64,000 nt of DNA, from NCBI GenBank assembly GCA_964035545.1, contig OZ037766.1:31610773-31674772 (forward strand). The letters run 5' to 3'. This stretch comes from Bugula neritina. Taxonomy: Eukaryota; Animalia; Bryozoa. Below the pieces are notes generated by a model. The model did no database searches, was not told the DNA's origin, and saw nothing but the letters and a program-made list of their open reading frames with translations. A program made the translations under genes and the position numbers. Below, one piece after another: positions 55,801 through 64,000 of this stretch (the stretch's first letter is position 1; each line of letters opens with the position of its first letter).

Positions 55801-58800
55801 TGCGTAGTTATCCTCTCCCAGTGGGTAACAATATGCATGTTGTTACATTAGTTTGGGAGAGCTCCTCATATTATATAATTGCACTGTTTACTTTTATATA
55901 ATAGCTGAATCAGCAATTTACATCAATTCAAGGCTATTGGTCTAGAGACCTCCTCACAAAACCTTCTGATTTTTCCTTTGTATACAGTAACTATAAGTGA
56001 AGTATTACACTTGAAACTGGTATTCTCCCGCAGGGTACACAGGATAGAGTGACAATACAAGGGCCAAAGATTCTCCCGAATGGTGCCGACGTCTCTGACA
56101 TCTTGACCTTGACCAACCTGCAGGTGTCCGACTCGGGTTCCTATCAGTGTAAATATCAACCTAACACTCAGATGGTGTACAGTGATTCCGCTTCAGTAGA
56201 GATCAGGGTTCTACCTGGCCCCTTCGTCAAGGTGGTGGTGACAGATGAGGAAAGTGAAGTGGAAGCATTGGCTGGGTCTTCCGTCACACTGATAGCACAT
56301 GTGGAGGCAATTCCTACTCCCACTGTGCAATGGCTGTTCAATGGCGAATCTGTCAGTGGAAACAGATTCATACCAGTGTTGGTAGTCATTTCACTTCACT
56401 AAACAATTATAAGTCGATTGTGGTTTCAGGTTTTGCATATCCAGTCTATTTTGAGACAACTTGACCCTGTAGAAGGAAAGCTCATACCTTTTTGCATCAG
56501 AATGTTTATAAATGTGTTTCCTATCCAGTATATGAGAAAACATTATTTAACTTCCTTACCCGGTTTTCATTGCTACTCGCCTACTAGCGTTACCAAAGAA
56601 CTGGAGTTGTCTTCTACTTTTTTGCTACACATAGTTTGTTCTGAAAATATAAAATTAAAAAAATATTTTGCAGCTCTACATATGCTAATTTCCTGGAGAA
56701 CTTTCAGGCGACAACTCATTTTTTAAATTTATAAATTTTTACTAGAAAATAAGCTGAAGTAGAAAAATTTAAAATATTTACATGTTGGTTCTGGCACTAG
56801 TAGATTTAGATCCCAAAGTCAGTTCACTGGTAGTAACTACAAGTATAAACATTCAGCAACTGTAGTTACAATAACAAGCTGTCAGCCAGCTGTATCTAAC
56901 TTTTAAGGGCTATTCATGCCCTGTGCAATTAGATTGAATTGTTATACATATATTCACGTACACAATGCCCTAAAGAAAATGTACTGCTGTATATTTTTAA
57001 AGCTTTAACTCTCTAGTTTTAGTAATTGAAGGGAACAGTATTGCATAAGCCTTGGACAAATTGATTTACAATAGTTGATTTTAGATAGAATTTAAATAGT
57101 AATTTTTGATATTTGTTGATGATGAGTTTATTGTGTATCTACATGCCTGGAATTACATACCTATGAGTGACATAAATTTATGCAGTAAAACTTTGCGCTA
57201 CAAAGGGGTTATATTTAGTATCTTACAGGGTTAGTGTTAGTCTATTTATCTGCTGATTGGCTTGTCATTCTTTCTTACATGTCTGTCTGTATGTCTACAT
57301 TCTCTTTATAGATTTCGATCCACTGGAACCCCCTCAGATTACGAAGTATTTCTCACCATATCTGTCCTGTCTATAGAAGATGCCGGAACATACACACTGC
57401 TTGCCAAATACTCTGGCTCCATCTCTGATCAACAGGATATTCAACTAGTAGTTAACGGTATTTCAGTTTGTTCAACTTTCAGCTTTTACACAGTCTTGTA
57501 ATACTTGTATGTAAATATAATGTATGCTGTATTATGTATATGTAAATATAATGTATATTGTATGTATAGATGGAAATAATGTATATCATAGTATGTACAT
57601 ATAAATGTATCACAGTGATTTTAAGTTTTAATGATTTATTACACATTATCTTTCCTCCAACCTGTTGAGGCCAGCAATCTTAAACCATAGCCTTGATTCT
57701 GATACTCATGTATGACGGGTTGTGTTACAGTCCCCCCTCAAATCATGGTGAGTTATGTGTACGAGTCAGAGACTGTATCAGTGATGAGTAATCCCCACAC
57801 AGCCTTCTTTCAACTCTCCAAGGAGGTGGAGCTAGATTGTACTGTCACAGAAGGGTTTCCCGGCCCTCAACTGTCCTGGATGTGGCAGCCATGTGACAAC
57901 ACAAAACCTGACTGCATAGTTGATGAGGCAGCGTGGCAGACCCTTCCCACCACACTCAGGTAGGTTTTGTAAGACACATTCTCATTGGATAATGCATTTC
58001 TTTGGGAGTTTTGAATGCAACAGTTACTTTTCTTGATTATAGAAATATGATAGTGACCGAATCATATCTAGAATAGAAAAGCTGCGTCACCTGACCGACT
58101 TTCAGGGGGTTGCCCCCACTACAGTGATGTACTATTATGGTCTAACTGAACATTTGTATACATTTAGATGTTTATGAAAAAAAATACAGCTGTCTTTTGC
58201 TGCTTCCAGTTTCAGTATGTCAGTAACATTTTAGAAAAGTTCAACATTAGGTTAAAAAGACTCTTTTCACCGGTGTAACTTGTTCAACAGTTTAATGAGT
58301 ATGAATATATGCTGTTTAAGATGCCTTTTTACAACACTCTGTCTTCAATGCAACACCTGTGGGAAATGTGGTAAGTCATCCATTTCGTGATGGCAGTTTT
58401 CATGACATATTTAGCAGAATATACTAATTGTGTTGCAGCCCTTCAACTACTACTTTGGACAACTCCCCGTACTTTACTAGCTCGAGTTCTAGTAGCCAGA
58501 GTCTCCTTATAAAAACTGAGAGGTCGGGCTGGTACCAATGTCTAGCTGAGAATGGAATTGACTCCCCTGCTATGTACAGGATATTTACTGTAGTTTCAGG
58601 TGTGTATTATAGTACAGGATATAGCGTCAGGTGTGTATTATAGTACAGGATATAGCGTCAGGTGTGTATTATAGTACAGGATATAGTTTCAGGTGTGTAT
58701 TATAGTACAGGATATAGTGTCAGGTGTGTATTATAGTACAGGATATAGTGTCAGGTGTGTATTATAGTACAGTATATAGTGTCAGGTGTGTATTATAGTA

Positions 58801-61800
58801 CAGGATATAGTTTCAGGTGTGTATTATAGTACAGTATATAGTGTCAGGTGTGTATTATAGTACAGGATATAGTGTCAGGTGTGTATTATAGTACAGTATA
58901 TAGTGTCAGGTGTGTATTATAGTACAGGATATAGTTTCAGGTGTGTATTATAGTATAGGATATAGTTTCAGGTGTGTATTATAGTACAGGATATAGTGTC
59001 AGGTGTGTATTATAGTACAGTATATAGTGTCAGGTGTGTATTATAGTACAGTATATAGTGTCAGGTGTGTATTATAGTACTGAATATAGTGTCAGGTGTG
59101 TATTATAGTACAGGATATAGTGTCAGGTGTGTATTATAGTACAGGATATAGTGTCAGGTGTGTATTATAGTACAGGATATAGCGTCAGGTGTGTATTATA
59201 GTACAGGATATAGCGTCAGGTGTGTATTATAGTACAGGATATAGTGTCAGGTGTGTGTTATAGTACAGTATATAGTGTCAGGTGTGTATTATAGTATAGG
59301 ATATAGTTTCAGGTGTGTATTATAGTACAGTATTAATATTATTATTATCATTATTATTCCAGCTCTACCTCCCAGCTCTAAAGGTATAGGATTCACAACC
59401 CAAACAGTTCAGACTGCATCTCAGTTAGTTGTTGGTGATGACCTCCACATGCACTGTCACGTGGCACGCTTTGAGTGTTTAGCTAATCAAGTGGCCATAA
59501 CAGGAAGTGGGGGTGTTCGGTATACTCAAAGTCACGCTGGTGTATTGTGGGCAGAGTAAGTGCTGTTTCCTGTAGATTGTGTGTTTTAGAGATTTTTGAC
59601 AATATTGAAAATTTCTAAGAGTTGTGTAAGTTTTAAATAGCTACTTAATTTTTCACAGGAATGACAACTCCTACATATTGAGTGTTACTCTGACTGGCAT
59701 CACGAGAAACATGACAGGAAACCGGTATTTGTGTGGGTGTAACTCTAAAACCAGTGATGTCATGCTGACCGTACAAGGTAAAAATTTCATCAGGACTCGA
59801 TTGTCTAAGTATGTAACAATTTTAGTTAGATATTGTGTCATGGCTTTGTATTGGTAGAAACATGTAACATATTAGAGCGCCTTATTTAGAGATGTTTGCT
59901 TGAGTCTTATAGTTTCCTCTTAATAAATACTTTAGAGAATGGAGTGTCGGGTGCTGAGTAGTCTTAAATGCATTTATCAACTTCTGATATTGTAGAGTTA
60001 ACTAAGTTGACATAAGTTGACTGTTTTTGACATGTGATGCTAGATTTTGACATGTGTTCGCAGGCGTTGACATGATTTGACATGTGATGATAATTGTTGA
60101 CATGGTCTTGACATGAGTCGACAGTTCTTGACATAAGTTGACAGATCTTGACATGAGTTGACAGATCTTGATATAAGTTGACAGATCTTGATATAAGTTG
60201 GCAGTTCTTGACATAAGTTGACAGTTCTTGACATCAGTTGACAGTTTTCGACATGAGTTGACAGATCTTGACATAAGTTGACAGTTCTTGACATGAGTTG
60301 ACAGTTCTTGGCATGAGTTGACATAATTTATTGGGAGGTGGTTTATTAATTCCTCACAAATCCATCAGGTATCAACGGGCATAGCTTGGTCGAACATGCA
60401 ATAATTTTTTCTATTTTTTATTTTTTCATTATTTCCGAATTACAAAATCTTGTTACCTTGTGGCAGAGTTCATCAGTCCTTTCTGGACGCTACAAGTTGA
60501 GCCGAAGGCTAATATGACAGCCGGAGAGACAAAAACTTTCCAATGTAAAGCAGATGGACAACCTTTGCCGGAGGTCACATGGTATAAGGATGATAAGAAG
60601 ATTTTGAATGATAGTACTACAGTGGTGCTTGGTAGAAATAATCATAGGTAAGTAATACAGTGGTACTCGGTAGAAATAGTCATAGGTACGTACTACAGTG
60701 GTACTCATCTATACAGTAAGTATGTGCAACGGTTGTAGTATTTACAGGTAAGTACAGCAGTAAGTTCCAAGTAGAAGCAATCATAGGTAGGCGAAAAGCA
60801 GAACTATGTAGGAGTGTTAATGAGTAAGAACTATCAAGTAAGTACTAGATAGATTTGTACTGGGTGATACCGTACACTTTGACTTCAATCTCTAGTCAAA
60901 GGTTACTCCAATACATCATAGTTTGTCCGAGTTGTCTGCCCTTTCTTTTGCTCTACTCACTCCATACTCTTACAGTCTGACCATCTACAAGGCTACACTA
61001 GAAGACTCAGGTTCTTATAGCTGTGTTGGTACGACAAGGCGCAGTCTCCCTATTTATAGTAACTTTACTCTCACTGTCACTGGTTAGTATACAACATACC
61101 TTGACCTATATATTAATATGTGCATTGACCTATATATTGATATGTACATTGACCTATATATCTGTGTCATGAGCTGTATATTATGTAGGTGCGACAGCTA
61201 AGTTGAAGGACGGAGAGATAGCTATGATAGTAGTGTTGGTGCTGGTAGTCATTGTCATTGCCGTCGTAATCACGATATGCATTGTCCGGCGGTACTGCAG
61301 AAAGAAATACACGGTGAATAAACTTCATAATATATCTAACGAATTACTCTATTCCAATTTGGTCATAATAATATTTTCATCATCAAACCCGACTTATATG
61401 GAATAATAATTTGTATATACGGAATAGTTATTGCTACTGCAAGTCATTGTCCTGGTTTATATACTGTGTGTATAATGATAGAGTTCTACTGTGAAGTGCT
61501 GTGTACTAATATGTAACTCTGTCTTGTAGTATCTGGAAGGTGACGGTTACTATGACAACACACTATATACACATATATACTGGTTACCTAATAAGTTGCT
61601 ACCTGTTATATATTATGTTCTTTCACTGTTTGCCTGCTTAGTTTCCTTAGTTTCATTTGAGGTTTGAACTGTTCATATAGCCAGATGTTTTGCCAAAGAC
61701 CTCTTCACTTAGTTGTAATCTTAAAATGCGTATCTTACGACTTTCCAAAATTTGCCGTTGATAGGACAATGTCCGATATGATTTAATTTATGATATGATT

Positions 61801-64000
61801 CATTTTCCTAACTTTAACCTGCCTCCAGGAAACCAGGATCCAACAGTGGCCTGACATTGTTATTTTGTTTCTAAGTTGAGTATATGTTGTGTAAAGGCTG
61901 CTCCATACGCTGTAGTACCATCTGTACCAGTTAGAAATGGAGTTGCTGTTCTAACACAGAGTTGTCTGCCCGCCAGATCCTGTCTCTTTCCAGCTTAGAA
62001 ACTCATGCTTTATATGTGTTGTTTTAGCCCCACACATTATTACTGCCTTCCAAAGAGATGATCAACCCCGACATCCCTCTGGACGAACAGACAGACGCTC
62101 TGCCGTATGACATTGGCTGGGAATTCCCTCTGGGTAACCTGAAGCTGGGCATGCTGCTGGGTCAGGGCGCATTTGGCCGAGTTCTAAAAGCTGAGGCTAT
62201 GAACATTGAGGAGGGGGTATCGAGTACCACCGTAGCAGTGAAAACTGTGCGAGGTGGGTTTTTAAATACAACTGGTTTCTTTCAAACTGATTGTGGACAA
62301 AAAGTTGTTGCTATTCTGTATGAAGGGTTTATATTGTGTCTATATTCTCTCTTCTTACAGATCACTCTGATATTGAACAAGTCAAGGCATTAATCAGTGA
62401 GCTGAAGATTCTCATACATATTGGTCAACATCTGAACATAGTAAACCTGTTAGGTGCCTGCACTAAGGATATCAGCAAAGGTGAGTGTACTAACTATATC
62501 AAAGTAAAGGTGGGTGAGCAATACCCCGACCAACTTGCATATCCTGTCACGTGTAGATTATGTCTATAGCATGTCTTCTTGTTTGCAGGTCATATATTGG
62601 TTATAGTAGAGTTTTGTCGCCACGGAAACCTTAGGTCTTATTTACTCAAACACAGAAGCACATACAATCCCAGCATGGATGTGACAGATGGTGAGAACAC
62701 AGCCAGTGTCAAGCTGGGACATGTAGCTGTAGATATGACAGGTGGGTGAACGTATGACACGCCAATACAGGTTCTAGCAGGTGCTTGTTGGTATCTCAAT
62801 GTTACTGAGTAATAATTACTATACTATACTATAATACATACTATACTACACTACACTATACTATATTATATACTACACTACTATATACTACACTATACTA
62901 CACTACACTATACTATACTTACTACACTATACTTACTATACTATAGTTACTATGCTGTAAGTACTATGCTGTAAGCACTATGCTGTAAGTACATAATGTA
63001 AGTACTATACTGTAAGTACATACTGTAAGTACTATACTGTAAGTACTATGCTGTAAGTACTATACTATACCTCAGGTGATGACGACTATCTAAACCCCGG
63101 TACTACTGACGACAAGCCTGTCTCCATGAGAGATCTACTCAGCTGGTGTTACCAGATAGCCCGGGGTATGGAGTACTTGGCCAGTATAGATGTGAGTCAA
63201 TCTGTCTACTCTTGTCGTCATGGTAACGCTCTACTTTGATCTCAATTTCTTATACATTATTTCACAGCTTCCACAACTCTAGACTATGTTAACTTAATCT
63301 CCAACTTCCGGATGTCAAACAGCCTGTTGACTTTCTGATGCCGAAAGCTGTGACCTCAACTGTCTCTATGTGATGCGTTACGTACTGTATGCTGTACATA
63401 GTGCAATCATCTATAAACTATAAACTATGTTGTAGTATATCCACAGAGATTTGGCTGCCAGAAACGTGCTCCTAGCTGATGACAATATTGTTAAGATCTG
63501 TGACTTTGGACTGGCTAAGGACATATACAAATATCAGGAGTACCAGAAGCAGACAGACGTGAGTAACTTGTTCATCAGCTCCTGTCTAACTGAAGAACAC
63601 TGGCTGTAATAGACTGATCGCTGTCCTTTATTATGTAGGGCTCACTACTCTACTCTACAAAGTAATAGACTGATTACTGTCCTTTATTATGTAGGGCTCA
63701 CTACTCTACTCTACAAAGTAATAATAGACTGATTGCTGCCCTTTATTATGTAGGGTCCACTACTCTACTCTACAGAGTAATAGACTGATTGCTGCCCTTT
63801 ATATGTAGGGTCTACTACTCTACTCTACAAAGTAATAATAGACTGATTGCTGCCCTTTATTATGTAGGGTCCACTACTCTACTCTACAGAGTAATAGACT
63901 GATTGCTGCCCTTTATATGTAGGGTCCACTACCGATAAAATGGATGGCACTAGAGTCTCTAACACACAAAGTGTTTAATGTAAGAACAGATGTGTGGGCT
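52892..64000 (+). CDS. VEGFR: VEGFR/PVR-type receptor tyrosine kinase (7 Ig domains, TM, split kinase), 3' end beyond window
   Basis: Signal peptide (52892-52922 joined to 53537-), seven Ig-like domains 53.6-61.1 kb (D4 lacks Cys, D5 has WMWQPC), [22 protein letters not shown] at about 61.22-61.29 kb. Kinase motifs [47 protein letters not shown], short insert, [40 protein letters not shown]. Confidence 0.92.
55024..55365. mobile_element. MITE with ~70-bp terminal inverted repeats
   Basis: cctagggccacactgtgcgtattttcgcatgc...aaaggtgtccactgta and its reverse complement at the right end. Flanks ttaa/ataa; superfamily uncertain. Confidence 0.85.
58593..59332. repeat. 31-bp minisatellite (tcaggtgtgtattatagtacaggatatagtg), ~24 copies, starting at an exon donor
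   Basis: Directly visible; fills almost the whole intron. Confidence 0.95.
60004..60326. repeat. ~20-bp repeat with ttgaca roughly every 10 bp
   Basis: ttgacataagttgacag(a/t)tc units. Confidence 0.85.
62818..63070. repeat. (ACTAT/ACTAC)n followed by 14-bp actatactgtaagt repeats
   Basis: Directly visible in a kinase-domain intron. Confidence 0.8.
63606..63932. repeat. ~55-bp tandem repeat x6 containing the acceptor of the GPLPIKW exon
   Basis: Unit taatagactgattgctgccctttat(t)atgtag|GGTCCACTAC...; the functional acceptor is the last copy (63922|63923). Confidence 0.9.

Noticed and set aside
60004-60326. Bacterial -35 promoter boxes (TTGACA)
   Set aside because: Eukaryotic intron, tandem-repeat context and no -10 elements.
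61530-61545. Juxtamembrane micro-exon in VEGFR
   Set aside because: Its 10- or 16-nt length breaks the frame, and the flanking exons join directly in phase 0.

Overview
AT-rich, intron-rich animal (invertebrate bilaterian) genomic DNA. Most ORFs in the supplied track are repeat or antisense artefacts, so I assembled genes by hand from GT/GC-AG exons with phase checks. In order: (1) a secreted kringle-domain gene (-, runs off the left edge); (2) a monofunctional peptidylglycine alpha-hydroxylating monooxygenase PHM (-); (3-4) two tandem paralogous 4-exon secreted prepropeptide genes sharing a GKYP-KR motif (+); (5) a divergent, apparently soluble furin/PC1-type proprotein convertase (+), with a decayed Tc1 transposon in an intron; (6) an ankyrin-repeat protein carrying a degenerate caspase-like domain followed by a caspase domain with His/Cys intact (+); (7) POMP/UMP1 (-); (8) a 7-Ig VEGFR/PVR-type receptor tyrosine kinase (+, runs off the right edge). 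The main candidates for novelty are a compact peptide-maturation neighbourhood (PHM, two orphan precursors and a convertase within about 35 kb), the ANK-pseudocaspase-caspase protein, and a recurring tendency of minisatellites to be built from the splice junctions themselves. No database searches were run.
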